Shown: in pieces, positions 8,890 through 17,857 of the stretch
Numbering within the stretch: the stretch's first letter is position 1
Layout: each line of letters opens with the position of its first letter
Source: Thermoleophilaceae bacterium
Lineage (GTDB): Bacteria; Actinomycetota; Thermoleophilia; Solirubrobacterales; Thermoleophilaceae
Reading direction: 5' to 3'
NCBI GenBank assembly: GCA_036009005.1
Contig: DASYMP010000017.1
Coordinates: 1-42,378, forward strand
Length of the DNA stretch: 42,378 bases
Notes under the pieces: model-generated
Database searches by the model: none
What the model saw: the letters and a program-made list of their open reading frames with translations, nothing else
What the model was told of the DNA's origin: nothing
Translations under genes and position numbers: made by a program

Positions 8890-10095
8890 GTGCGGGGACG
8901 ACTCTCCATCCTGATCGCGCTTGTCGTGGTGGCGGCGCCGGCGCCCGCGGCGGCCGTGGAGGTCGCGCCCGGCGTGCAGTGGACGACCGTGGTGAAGAGC
9001 CCGGGTCCCACGCGCATCAACGTGCTCGAGATCGACCCGGCACGGGTCCGCGGCGTGCTCTCGAACGAGACGATCGCCCGGCGTGAGCGCGTGAGCGCCA
9101 TGGGGCGAAGGGTCGGCGCCGTGGCGGGCGTGAACGGCGGCTACTTCGCGACGAGCGGCGATCCGGTCGGCGTGCTCGCTCTGAACGGCCAGCTCCTGAG
9201 CGAACCGGTGGACGGCCGCTCCGCGCTGATCGTGGACTCCGGCGGGGCGAGCATCGCGCCGGTGCGCTTCCGCGGGCGCATCGCGCTGAACGGGCGCTCC
9301 CGGGGGATCGACGGCGTCGACCGCACACGTGGCCTGATCCCGGCCTGCGGTGGGCGCGGCGGCGACGTGCCCACGTCGCGGCCCAACTCCGCGCTCACCT
9401 GCACCGACGCGAGCGAGCTGGTGCTGCTCTCGCCGCGCTACGGCGCCCGGCCGCCCGCCGAGGGCGGGGTGGAGGCGCTGCTGCGCGGTGGCACGGTCGC
9501 CGACGTTCGCCCGCCCGGCAGCGGGCGCGTCCCGCTCGACGGCCTGCTCCTGACGGGCAGCGGCGACGGCGCCCGCTTCCTTCGCGACGCCGCGCTCCCG
9601 CGCAGCCGCGCGACGCTCGCATTCCGCCTCACCGCGGCGGGACGCTCCCTCCCGCTCGTGCCCGGTACCGCTCCGCCCACGGGCGGCGTGCCCGGACCGC
9701 TCGCGGCGGGGCCCGAGCTCGTGGTGGGCGGCGGGCCGCTGCTCGTGCGCGCCGGGCGCGTGGCGGTGACCGCGGCGGCCGAGGGCTTCGCGCCCCCGCA
9801 GGCGCCGGCCTTCTTCCGCGCGTTCGTGGCCGGCCGCCAGCCGCGTACCCTCGGAGGCGTGCGCGCGGACGGGACGCTCCTGCTTGTGACTGTCGACGGG
9901 CGCCGCCCGGGCTGGAGCGTCGGCATGACGCTCGCCGAGGCGGCGCGCTACATGCGCTCGCTCGGCGCCCGCGACGCGCTCAACCTCGACGGCGGCGGCT
10001 CCACGACCATGACCGTGCGCGGCGAGCTCGTGAACCGTCCCTCGGACCCCACCGGGGAGCGCCCGGTGAGCGACGGCATCTTCGCCCTGCCATGA
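8890..10095 (+). CDS. Secreted phosphodiester glycosidase family protein (DUF2233/NAGPA-like)
   Basis: Signal peptide MRGRLSILIALVVVAAPAPAAA. Carries the GVNGGYF and NLDGGGSTTM motifs typical of DUF2233. GTG start. Confidence 0.75.
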   Translation: MRGRLSILIALVVVAAPAPAAAVEVAPGVQWTTVVKSPGPTRINVLEIDPARVRGVLSNETIARRERVSAMGRRVGAVAGVNGGYFATSGDPVGVLALNGQLLSEPVDGRSALIVDSGGASIAPVRFRGRIALNGRSRGIDGVDRTRGLIPACGGRGGDVPTSRPNSALTCTDASELVLLSPRYGARPPAEGGVEALLRGGTVADVRPPGSGRVPLDGLLLTGSGDGARFLRDAALPRSRATLAFRLTAAGRSLPLVPGTAPPTGGVPGPLAAGPELVVGGGPLLVRAGRVAVTAAAEGFAPPQAPAFFRAFVAGRQPRTLGGVRADGTLLLVTVDGRRPGWSVGMTLAEAARYMRSLGARDALNLDGGGSTTMTVRGELVNRPSDPTGERPVSDGIFALP

Positions 10096-10925
10096 GGAGC
10101 GTGGTGCTCGCACTCGTCCTCGCGCTGGCCGCCACCTGGGCCGGCAGCGCGCCCGCGCAGAGCACCGACGAGCGCGCCGTCGTCTGGGCCGTGGGCGATG
10201 CGGCGACGCCCGGCACGGGCGCCGACCGCGTCGCCGCGCTGGTCCGGCGTGCCGACCCCGACCGCTTCCTCTACCTCGGCGACGTGTACGAGACCGGCAC
10301 GCGCGCGCAGTTCCGGCGCTGGTACGACCCGCGCTTCGGCCGGCTCGCGCACATCACGATCCCGACGATCGGCAATCACGAGTGGGGCAACCGCTACCGC
10401 GGCTACTACCCGTACTGGCGCGCGAAGAAGGGGCACACCCCGCCGCCCTGGTCGAAGTCGAGCATCGCCGGCTGGCAGATCCTCGCGCTCAACTCCCAGG
10501 CGCCCCACGCGCCCGGCTCGCCCCAGATCCGCTGGCTCGAGCGGACGCTCGAGGGCGCGGCCGGGAGCTGCCGGATCGCGTTCATGCACCGCCCGCGCCT
10601 GAGCGCCGGCGTCTACGACGGCATGGCGGCCGACCTGAACCCGTTCTGGAGCCGCCTCGCGGGTCACGCCCGCATCGTCCTCGCCGGGCACGACCACAAC
10701 CTCCAGCGCCACCGCCCCGTCCGCGGGCTCACCCAGTACGTGGTCGGCGCGGGCGGTCGCGGCCGCTACCCGCTCCACAGGGGCGTTGAGACGCTCCGCT
10801 GGGGCCGGGACGACGTGGACGGGGCCCTCCGCATGGTCCTGAGGCCGGGGCACGCGCTGCTCGAGTTCCGCGCCGCCTCGGGCCACCTGCTGGACCGCAG
10901 CCGCGTGACCTGCACGCCCGGATAG
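10092..10925 (+). CDS. Secreted metallophosphoesterase (calcineurin-like)
   Basis: Signal peptide MRSVVLALVLALAATWAGSAPA. Motifs GD(x)n GDVYETG, GNHEW, MHRP, GHDHN. ATGA overlap with the upstream gene. Confidence 0.8.
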   Translation: MRSVVLALVLALAATWAGSAPAQSTDERAVVWAVGDAATPGTGADRVAALVRRADPDRFLYLGDVYETGTRAQFRRWYDPRFGRLAHITIPTIGNHEWGNRYRGYYPYWRAKKGHTPPPWSKSSIAGWQILALNSQAPHAPGSPQIRWLERTLEGAAGSCRIAFMHRPRLSAGVYDGMAADLNPFWSRLAGHARIVLAGHDHNLQRHRPVRGLTQYVVGAGGRGRYPLHRGVETLRWGRDDVDGALRMVLRPGHALLEFRAASGHLLDRSRVTCTPG

Positions 10926-10936
10926 CGTTCCGGCGG

Positions 10937-11671
10937 ATGGACGAGCCGGTTGTGATCCTCTGCGGTGGCCGTGGCACCCGCCTGCGGGAGGAGACCCAGA
11001 CGATCCCGAAGCCGCTCGTCGAGATCGGCGGGCGGCCGATCCTCTGGCACGTGATCCGCATCTATGCCGAGCAGGGCTTCGGCCGCTTCGTGCTCTGCCT
11101 CGGCCACCGCGGCGACCTGATCGAGGAGTTCGTGCGACAAGAGGGCCCGCCCGGCGTCGAGATCGAGTGCGTGGACACGGGCGAGGAGACGCCCACCGGG
11201 GGCCGCATCGCCCGCGTGGCCGACCGCCTGGGGGGCGGGCGCTTCTGCGCCACCTACGCCGACGGCGTCGCCGACCTCGACCTCGCCGCCCTGCTCGGCT
11301 TCCACGAGGAGCACGGCGCGCTCGCGACGATGACCGTGGTGCGCCCCGAGCTCCAGTTCGGCGTGGCGCGCCTCGGCGGCGACGACCTCGTGCACGGCTT
11401 CGAGGAGAAGCCGCGCTTCGACGGCTGGATCAACGGAGGCTTCTTCTGCTTCGAGCCGGGCGTGCTCGACTACCTGGAGGACGACTCGACGCTCGAGCGC
11501 GAGCCGCTCGAGCGCCTGGCCGCCGAACGGCAGCTGCGGGCCTATCGCCACGCCGGTTTCTGGGACTGCATGGACACCTACAAGGACGCGGTCCTGCTGA
11601 ACGATCTGTGGGACTCCGGGCGGGCTCCCTGGAAGGAACTGCATAGGTTGCGGCGAAAACCGCGTGCGTGA
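10937..11671 (+). CDS. rfbF: Glucose-1-phosphate cytidylyltransferase
   Basis: VVILCGGRGTRLREET..PKPLVEIGGRPILWHVI...YADGVADLDL...INGGFFCFEP...GFWDCMDTYKD...APW aligns along its full length with my recollection of RfbF. Confidence 0.85.
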   Translation: MDEPVVILCGGRGTRLREETQTIPKPLVEIGGRPILWHVIRIYAEQGFGRFVLCLGHRGDLIEEFVRQEGPPGVEIECVDTGEETPTGGRIARVADRLGGGRFCATYADGVADLDLAALLGFHEEHGALATMTVVRPELQFGVARLGGDDLVHGFEEKPRFDGWINGGFFCFEPGVLDYLEDDSTLEREPLERLAAERQLRAYRHAGFWDCMDTYKDAVLLNDLWDSGRAPWKELHRLRRKPRA

Positions 11672-12519
11672 CGCGATCCGGAACGACTGCCCTCACCCTG
11701 TCGGAGGAGATCCGCCAGCGGTTCGACGAATTCAGCCGCTCGCAAAAGGACGTGGGGCAGTACATCGTCGACCATCTTGAGGAGGCCGCCTTCCACACGG
11801 CCGAGGAGCTCGCCCGGCGCGCGAACACCTCGAGCTCGACGGTCGTGCGCTTCGCCCAGGCACTCGGCTTCGAGGGCTTCCCGGAGCTTCAGGCCGCGGC
11901 GCGCGACGAGTACCGGCGCGCCCGTGAGAACGGCGCCGCCGTCACCGACCTGACGACGCAGCCGCTCTTCCCGATCGACCAGACCGAGTTCGAGACCGCG
12001 CTGGCGGCGGACCACGCGAACATGGCCGAGACCGCCCGCAAGGTGGACCGCGACGAGGTCGCGGCCGCAGTCGAGCTGATCTCGCACGCGGACCGCATCG
12101 TGCTCTGCGGCACGGACCAGATGGCCTTCTTCGCGAGCTACCTGCGCCACCTGTTGATGCTGCTCGACCTGCGCGCCGAGGTGGTGGCCTCGCCGAGCCA
12201 GGAGGGCCTCGCGAAGCTCGGCAGGGTCGACGACAAGACCGTGATGGTCGGCTTCTCGGCCGGCCGCCCGCACCCGCTCGTGGTGCGAGCCATCAAGCTG
12301 GCCCGCAACCGCCGCGCGGCCACGATCGCGATCGCCGACGCCACGCTGTCCGAGGTGGCCAAACTTGCGGACCACAAGCTCTACTACTCGTCCAACAGCC
12401 CCGCCTACGTGCGCTCGCACTCCGCGCTGCTCGCCCTGATCCAGGCACTCGCATACGGCGTATACGCGCTCGACGAGTCTGCCTACTCGGACAGAATCAA
12501 GGCCTTCCGGCTCAAGTAG
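11668..12519 (+). CDS. MurR/RpiR-family transcriptional regulator (HTH_6 + SIS domains)
   Basis: N-terminal FSRSQKDVGQYIVDH...TAEELARRANTSSSTVVRFAQALGFEGF, followed by a SIS domain. The GTG start forms a GTGA overlap with the rfbF stop. Confidence 0.85.
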   Translation: MTRSGTTALTLSEEIRQRFDEFSRSQKDVGQYIVDHLEEAAFHTAEELARRANTSSSTVVRFAQALGFEGFPELQAAARDEYRRARENGAAVTDLTTQPLFPIDQTEFETALAADHANMAETARKVDRDEVAAAVELISHADRIVLCGTDQMAFFASYLRHLLMLLDLRAEVVASPSQEGLAKLGRVDDKTVMVGFSAGRPHPLVVRAIKLARNRRAATIAIADATLSEVAKLADHKLYYSSNSPAYVRSHSALLALIQALAYGVYALDESAYSDRIKAFRLK

Positions 12520-12524
12520 CGGCA

Positions 12525-12550
12525 CCCGCGCTCCGGCGCGGGCTATTCTC
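12525..12550 (+). terminator. Hairpin after the RpiR gene (weak terminator candidate)
   Basis: CCCGCGC (12525-12531) and GCGCGGG (12536-12542) form a 7-bp stem with a TCCG loop, followed by CTATTCTC. The U-tract is weak. Confidence 0.35.
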
Positions 12551-12558
12551 AGGCGTAC

Positions 12559-13443
12559 ATGGAGACCGGCACCTTCAGAGTCAAGGCTGGCCTCGCCGAG
12601 ATGCTCAAGGGCGGGGTGATCATGGACGTGGTGACGCCCGACCAGGCGAAGATCGCGGAGGCCGCGGGCGCGGCTGCCGTGATGGCGCTGGAGCGCGTGC
12701 CCGCCGACATCCGGCGTGACGGCGGCGTGGCTCGCATGAGCGACCCGACCATGATCGAGGGCATCAAGGAGGCCGTCTCGATCCCGGTGATGGCCAAGGT
12801 CCGCATCGGCCACTTCGTCGAGGCGCAGGTGCTCGAGGCGCTCGACGTGGACTACATCGACGAGTCCGAGGTGCTGACGCCCGCCGACGAGGCACACCAC
12901 ATCGACAAGTGGGCCTTCAACGTCCCGTTCGTCTGCGGCGCCACGAACCTCGGCGAGGCGCTCCGGCGCATCGGCGAGGGCGCGGCGATGATCCGCTCCA
13001 AGGGCGAGGCCGGCACCGGCAACGTCGTCGAGGCCGTGCGCCACATCCGCATGATCACGAGCGAGATTCGCCGTCTTCAGGCGCTCAGCGAGATGGAGCT
13101 GCCCACGGCCGCGAAGGAGCTCCAGGCCCCACTCGAGCTCGTGAAGAACGTGGCCGAGAGCGGCAAGCTCCCGGTGGTGCTGTTCTGCGCCGGCGGCATC
13201 GCCACCCCGGCCGACGCCGCGCTGATGATGCAGCTCGGGGCCGAGGGCAACTTCGTGGGCTCCGGCATCTTCAAGTCGTCGAACCCCGAGCAGCGCGCCG
13301 AGGCGATCGTCGAGGCCACCACGCACTACGCAGACCCCGTGCGCATCGCGGCGGCGTCCCGCGAGCTCGGCGAGGCGATGCCGGGTATCGAGATCGGCTC
13401 GCTTCAGGAAAACGGCGGGCTGCTCCAAAACCGCGGCTGGTAG
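12559..13443 (+). CDS. pdxS: Pyridoxal 5'-phosphate synthase, lyase subunit PdxS
   Basis: The near-invariant PdxS sequence is present: [40 protein letters not shown] ... KGEAGTGN ... [34 protein letters not shown]. Confidence 0.95.
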   Translation: METGTFRVKAGLAEMLKGGVIMDVVTPDQAKIAEAAGAAAVMALERVPADIRRDGGVARMSDPTMIEGIKEAVSIPVMAKVRIGHFVEAQVLEALDVDYIDESEVLTPADEAHHIDKWAFNVPFVCGATNLGEALRRIGEGAAMIRSKGEAGTGNVVEAVRHIRMITSEIRRLQALSEMELPTAAKELQAPLELVKNVAESGKLPVVLFCAGGIATPADAALMMQLGAEGNFVGSGIFKSSNPEQRAEAIVEATTHYADPVRIAAASRELGEAMPGIEIGSLQENGGLLQNRGW

Positions 13444-13988
13444 TGCCGTTGATCGGAGTCCTCGCGCTCCAGGGGGGCTTCGAGGCACACGCGAAGGCCC
13501 TGGCCCGTCTCGATGTCGAGGTGCGCGAGGTGCGCACGCCCGAGGACCTCGAGGGGCTCGACGCGCTCGTCATCCCGGGCGGTGAGTCGACCACGATCGG
13601 GCTCGGGGTCGAGCGCGAGGGCCTGGCCGAGCCGCTCGTCGAGTTCGCGCGCAGCGGCAAGCCGGTGCTCGGCACCTGCGCGGGGATGATCATGCTCGAC
13701 CGTGAGCACCTCGGCGTGCTCGACATCGGCGTTCGCCGCAACGCGTTCGGCCGGCAGCTGGCCTCGTTCGAGACCCAGCTGGACTTCGAGGGCGCAAGCG
13801 TCGACGCCGTCTTCATCCGCGCCCCGTGGGTCGATCACGTGGGCGACGGGGTGGAGGTGCTCGCCGAGGTGGACGGCCACCCGGTCGCGGTGCGCCAGGG
13901 CAACATCCTGGCCGTGGCCTTCCATCCGGAGCTCGGCTCGGATCTCTCCCTTCACCGGTGGCTGGTGGATAGGGTGCCTGCGGCATGA
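13443..13988 (+). CDS. pdxT: Pyridoxal 5'-phosphate synthase, glutaminase subunit PdxT
   Basis: IGVLALQGGFEAH...LVIPGGESTT...GTCAGMIML...FIRAP...AVAFHPEL. GTG at 13443 overlaps the pdxS TAG by 1 nt (TTG 13449 is an alternative). This is the C-terminal part of track ORF 12909..13988. Confidence 0.9.
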   Translation: MPLIGVLALQGGFEAHAKALARLDVEVREVRTPEDLEGLDALVIPGGESTTIGLGVEREGLAEPLVEFARSGKPVLGTCAGMIMLDREHLGVLDIGVRRNAFGRQLASFETQLDFEGASVDAVFIRAPWVDHVGDGVEVLAEVDGHPVAVRQGNILAVAFHPELGSDLSLHRWLVDRVPAA

Positions 13989-15088
13989 GGGACCCCCGCG
14001 TCGACGCGCTCGCGCAGATCCTCGTCGGCTACTCCACGAAGGTGCAGAAGGGCGACGTCTGCTCGATCGCCGCGTCGTCCGCGGCCGAGCCGCTCGTGCA
14101 GGCGGTCTACGAGGAGGTGCTGAGAGCGGGCGGCCTACCGATCGTTCAGCTCCAGCCGAGCAGCGCGCTCGCGGCGTTCTACGAGCTTGCCAGCGACGAG
14201 CAGCTCGACTGGGTCCCGCCCACCACCGAGTGGACCGTCGAGAACGCCGACGTGCACATCTCCGTGATGGCCTCGCTCAACACGCGTGAGCTCTCGAACG
14301 CGGACCCGAAGAAGCAGGCCCGCCACCAGAAGGCGCGCAAGCAGATCATGGAGACCTCGATGCGGCGCGCCGCGGAGGACCGCTACCGCTGGGCGCTCAC
14401 GCTCTTCCCGACGCACGCGTACGCGAGCGAGGCCGGGCTGTCGCTCAGCGCCTACGAGGACTTCTACTACGCGGCCTGCCTCGCGCTGGACGGCGACCCC
14501 GTCACGGCCTGGCAGCGTCAGTCGGAGCAGGTGCGGCACCTGACGGACTGGATCCAGGGCAGGGAGGAGGTGCGCATCCAGGCGGAGGGCACGGACATCA
14601 CGCTCGGCGTGGCCGGCCGCCACTGGATCGCGTGCGTTGGCGAGCACAACATGCCGGACGGCGAGTTCTTCACGGGCCCCGTCGAGGACAGCGTGAACGG
14701 CGAGATCACGTTCTCGTTCCCGGCGAGCTACGGCGGCCGGACCGTGTCCGGCATCCGGCTTCGCTTCGAGGACGGGAAGGTCGTGGATGCGACGGCCGAG
14801 CAGGGCGAGGAGTTTCTGACGGAGATGCTCGACACCGACGCGGGCGCGCGCCGGCTCGGCGAGCTCGGCATCGGCACGAACTTCGGCATCTCGACCGGCA
14901 CGAAGGAGATCCTGCTCGACGAGAAGATCGGCGGGACCGTGCACATGGCCGTCGGGATGAGCTATCCCGAGAGCGGCGGCACGAACAGCTCTGCGGTCCA
15001 CTGGGACATGGTCTGCGACCTGCGCCAGGGCGGCTCGATCACCGTGGACGGCGAAGAGCTCCAGCGCGACGGCAGGTTCCTGGTCTAG
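13985..15088 (+). CDS. Aminopeptidase, M29 (AmpS/PepS-like) family
   Basis: 367 aa. Carries LFPT.AYA..AG.S...YEDF, GEHNMPDGEFFTGPVEDSVNG and GIGTNFGI...LLDEKIGGTVHMAVG motifs. ATGA overlap with pdxT. Confidence 0.85.
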   Translation: MRDPRVDALAQILVGYSTKVQKGDVCSIAASSAAEPLVQAVYEEVLRAGGLPIVQLQPSSALAAFYELASDEQLDWVPPTTEWTVENADVHISVMASLNTRELSNADPKKQARHQKARKQIMETSMRRAAEDRYRWALTLFPTHAYASEAGLSLSAYEDFYYAACLALDGDPVTAWQRQSEQVRHLTDWIQGREEVRIQAEGTDITLGVAGRHWIACVGEHNMPDGEFFTGPVEDSVNGEITFSFPASYGGRTVSGIRLRFEDGKVVDATAEQGEEFLTEMLDTDAGARRLGELGIGTNFGISTGTKEILLDEKIGGTVHMAVGMSYPESGGTNSSAVHWDMVCDLRQGGSITVDGEELQRDGRFLV

Positions 15089-15094
15089 CTCGCG

Positions 15095-16150
15095 CTAGGC
15101 GTCGCCGCGTGGGCGAAACAGCGGCTGGCGCATGCGGCCGTCGCGCTTCTGAGCGAGGAGCCGCGCGTCGGCGTGTGCCATGAGCTCGCTCGGGGTGCGA
15201 GCGTCGTCCGGGACGAGGCCCGCGGCGAAGGTGGCGGGATGGCCGATCTCCTCGCGCAGGTCGCGCAGGAGGCGCAGCACGCCGGAGGCGCCGGCGCCGG
15301 GCGCCAGCAGCGCGAACTCGTCGCCGCCGATACGGGCCACGCAGTCGCCGTGGCGCGCCACTCCGGCGGCCGCGCGGGCCACCGACTGGAGCACGGCGTC
15401 GCCGGCCGGATGGCCCTCCTCGTCGTTCACGCGCTTGAAGTCGTCGAGGTCGATCAGGATCAGGGCGTACGGGTCGCGCGTGGCGGCCACCCGGTCGAGC
15501 TCCATGTCGAAGCCGCGCCTGTTGCGCACGCCGGTGAGCGGATCGAGCTCGGCGATCGTCCGCTGGTGGAGCTCGGCGCGCACGAGCCGGCCCTTCAGGA
15601 ACTGGATGGCGACCATCGCGCCGGTGACCGCCAGCGTGAACATCGCGAGCCGCGCCGGGTAGCCCACCGAGATCGCGCGCTCGTCGTAGAAGAGCGGAGT
15701 GCCGAACGCGTAGACGAACAGCGCCATCAGCGGCCAGGCGAGCCGCGGCGGGAAGAAGTAGGAGATGAACAGCGCGGTGAAGATCATCACCGGCTGGATG
15801 TAGCTCGTGGCGCCCCCGGTGGCCCAGATCGCGAGCGCGACCACGGGCATGGTCGACGCCGTGACGAGTGCTCGAAGGCCCACGCTCATCCCACGGCCGT
15901 GCGCCGCGAGCCAGAGCGAGACGGCGCCCCAGCCGATCGAGAAGATCGCGAGGATCAGCGCGATCGTCTCGTGGCTGCGGTCGGAGCCCGGCAGCCAGAT
16001 CACGACCGCCCCGAGCAGGCCGGTCGCGCCCCACATGATTCCGGACGTCAGGTCGGGAAGCGGGCCGTCGTCCCACTGGTCGCCACCCGCGTGCTGCGGC
16101 TGGTCGAGGCTTTCCCGTAGACGACGCATTCCTGCGGGGAAGATCGGCAT
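15095..16150 (-). CDS. Membrane-anchored diguanylate cyclase (about 6 TM segments + GGDEF domain)
   Basis: DPLTGVRNRRGF...ILIDLDDFKRVNDEEGHPAGD...RIGGDEFALL. ATG at 16150 (alternative ATG 16129). The track ORF 15095..16996 is an upstream extension running antisense through yebC. Confidence 0.8.
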   Translation of the reverse strand: MPIFPAGMRRLRESLDQPQHAGGDQWDDGPLPDLTSGIMWGATGLLGAVVIWLPGSDRSHETIALILAIFSIGWGAVSLWLAAHGRGMSVGLRALVTASTMPVVALAIWATGGATSYIQPVMIFTALFISYFFPPRLAWPLMALFVYAFGTPLFYDERAISVGYPARLAMFTLAVTGAMVAIQFLKGRLVRAELHQRTIAELDPLTGVRNRRGFDMELDRVAATRDPYALILIDLDDFKRVNDEEGHPAGDAVLQSVARAAAGVARHGDCVARIGGDEFALLAPGAGASGVLRLLRDLREEIGHPATFAAGLVPDDARTPSELMAHADARLLAQKRDGRMRQPLFRPRGDA

Positions 16151-16174
16151 TCGGGCCCTAGACTTGAAACTCGT

Positions 16175-16927
16175 ATGGCAGGCCATTCCAAATGGGCATC
16201 GATCAAGCACAAGAAGAAGGCCGTTGACGCGAAGCGCGGCGCCCTCTTCACGAAGCTGACCCGCGCGATCACCGTTGCCGCGCGCGAGGGCGGGGGCGAC
16301 CCCGAGGGGAACCCGGCGCTGGCCCTGGCGATCCAGAAGGCGAAGGACGCCTCGATGCCGAAGGACAACATCGAGCGGGCCGTGTCGAAGGGAACCGGCG
16401 CGGATGCCGACGCCGACGCGTTCGAGGCCGTGCTCTACGAGGGCTACGGGCCCGGCGGCGTGGCGGTGCTCGTGGAGGCGCTCACCGACAACCGCAACCG
16501 CACGAGCTCGGAGGTGCGGCACATCTTCACGAAGCACGGTGGCAACCTCGGCGAGCCCGGCTCCGTGGCGTGGACGTTCGAGAAGAAGGGCGAGCTCGTC
16601 GTGGACGGCTCGCGCTACTCCGAGGACGACCTGCTGCCCGCGATCGACGCGGGCGCGGAGGACGTGGCCCTCGACGGCGACGTCTGGGAGGTGGTGACCG
16701 GACCCGCCGAGCTCACCGCGGTGCGGAAGGCGCTCGAGGACGCCGGCGTCGAGATCGAGTCGGCCGAGCTCGTCCAGCGGCCCACCACCCGCACTCCGGT
16801 GGAGGAGGAGCGCGTGGGCACGCTCATGCGCCTGATCGACGCGCTCGAGGAGAACGACGACGTGCAGGGCGTTCACGCCAACTTCGACGTGGACGCCGAG
16901 GTGCTGGAGCGAGTCGCCGCCGCCTGA
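16175..16927 (+). CDS. yebC: YebC/PmpR-family DNA-binding transcriptional regulator
   Basis: MAGHSKWASIKHKKKAVDAKRGALFTKL...EGYGPGGVA is the invariant YebC N-terminus. 250 aa. Confidence 0.95.
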   Translation: MAGHSKWASIKHKKKAVDAKRGALFTKLTRAITVAAREGGGDPEGNPALALAIQKAKDASMPKDNIERAVSKGTGADADADAFEAVLYEGYGPGGVAVLVEALTDNRNRTSSEVRHIFTKHGGNLGEPGSVAWTFEKKGELVVDGSRYSEDDLLPAIDAGAEDVALDGDVWEVVTGPAELTAVRKALEDAGVEIESAELVQRPTTRTPVEEERVGTLMRLIDALEENDDVQGVHANFDVDAEVLERVAAA

Positions 16928-16947
16928 CGGGCTGCCGCTACCCGGCG

Positions 16948-16994
16948 GGGTGCCGCAGTTTCTTCTGATGGGGTCAGTATTTCCTGCGGCACCC
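16948..16994. repeat. 47-nt palindromic (REP-like) element, copy 1
   Basis: GGGTGCCGCAG-N25-CTGCGGCACCC forms 11-bp perfect arms with an inner CTGA/TCAG pairing. It lies between the convergent yebC and EamA genes. Its right half is 18/18 identical to the copy at 38711-38757. Confidence 0.85.
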
Positions 16995-17852
16995 ACGGTG
17001 CGTGACCACGAGCGCGACCGAGCCGAGGATCAGCGCGCCGCCGACGGCCATCGGAGCGGTGACGCGCTCGCCGAGCAGCGCCGCGCCGACCGCCAGCGCC
17101 ACGACCGGGTTCACGTACGCGTAGGTGGCCACGGTCCCGATGGGGGCGTTGCTGAGCAGCCAGACGAACGCGCTGTAGGCGACCAGCGACCCGGGCACGA
17201 CCAGGTACGCGAAGGCGATCAGCGACTCGCCTGAGAAGCGGGCTGGCCGGACGTCACCGAGCTCGCCGAAGGCCGCGCCGGCGAGGACGAGCAGCGCGCC
17301 CGCCGCGATCAGCTGGACGGTGGTCGAGACGAGCGCGTCGTCGGGGAGCCGCGCGCGCTGCGAGTGGTACTGACCCGCGGCCTCGACGGCGGCCGCCACG
17401 ACGAGGACGAGCAGCCAGACGACGGGCGCCTCGCCGCCGGGCGAGACGAGCATCACCATGCCTGCGAGCCCTGCGCAGACCGCGAACGCGGTACGCCGGC
17501 TCACGTGCTCGCGGTGCGCGAGCTGAAGCGCCACCACCCACAACGGCACCGAGGCGATGATGAGCGCGGCCAGGCCGGCGGGCACCTCCCGCTCCGCCAC
17601 GGCCAGTACGCCGATGTCGCCGAGGATCACGGCACCGACGAGCGCCGCGCCGGCCACGGCCGCTCGGCCCGCGCGCAGGCGCCCGAGCGCCGCGAGCACG
17701 GCCGCCATCACCGCTCCCGCCACCAGGAAGCGGGCACCCGTGCCCACCAGCGGCGGGACGGTCCTGACCATCACCCGGATGGCCGGGTAGGTGCCGCCCC
17801 AGGCGAGGTAGACGACAGTTAGCGCGCCCGCGGTACGGGCATTAACATGCAT
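16974..17852 (-). CDS. EamA/DMT-family transporter
   Basis: About 10 TM segments, with YLAWGGTYPAIRV and the two-EamA-repeat architecture. ATG at 17852 (alternative GTG 17876 would overlap the marR start). Confidence 0.8.
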   Translation of the reverse strand: MHVNARTAGALTVVYLAWGGTYPAIRVMVRTVPPLVGTGARFLVAGAVMAAVLAALGRLRAGRAAVAGAALVGAVILGDIGVLAVAEREVPAGLAALIIASVPLWVVALQLAHREHVSRRTAFAVCAGLAGMVMLVSPGGEAPVVWLLVLVVAAAVEAAGQYHSQRARLPDDALVSTTVQLIAAGALLVLAGAAFGELGDVRPARFSGESLIAFAYLVVPGSLVAYSAFVWLLSNAPIGTVATYAYVNPVVALAVGAALLGERVTAPMAVGGALILGSVALVVTHRGCRRKY

Positions 17853-17857
17853 AGGTA

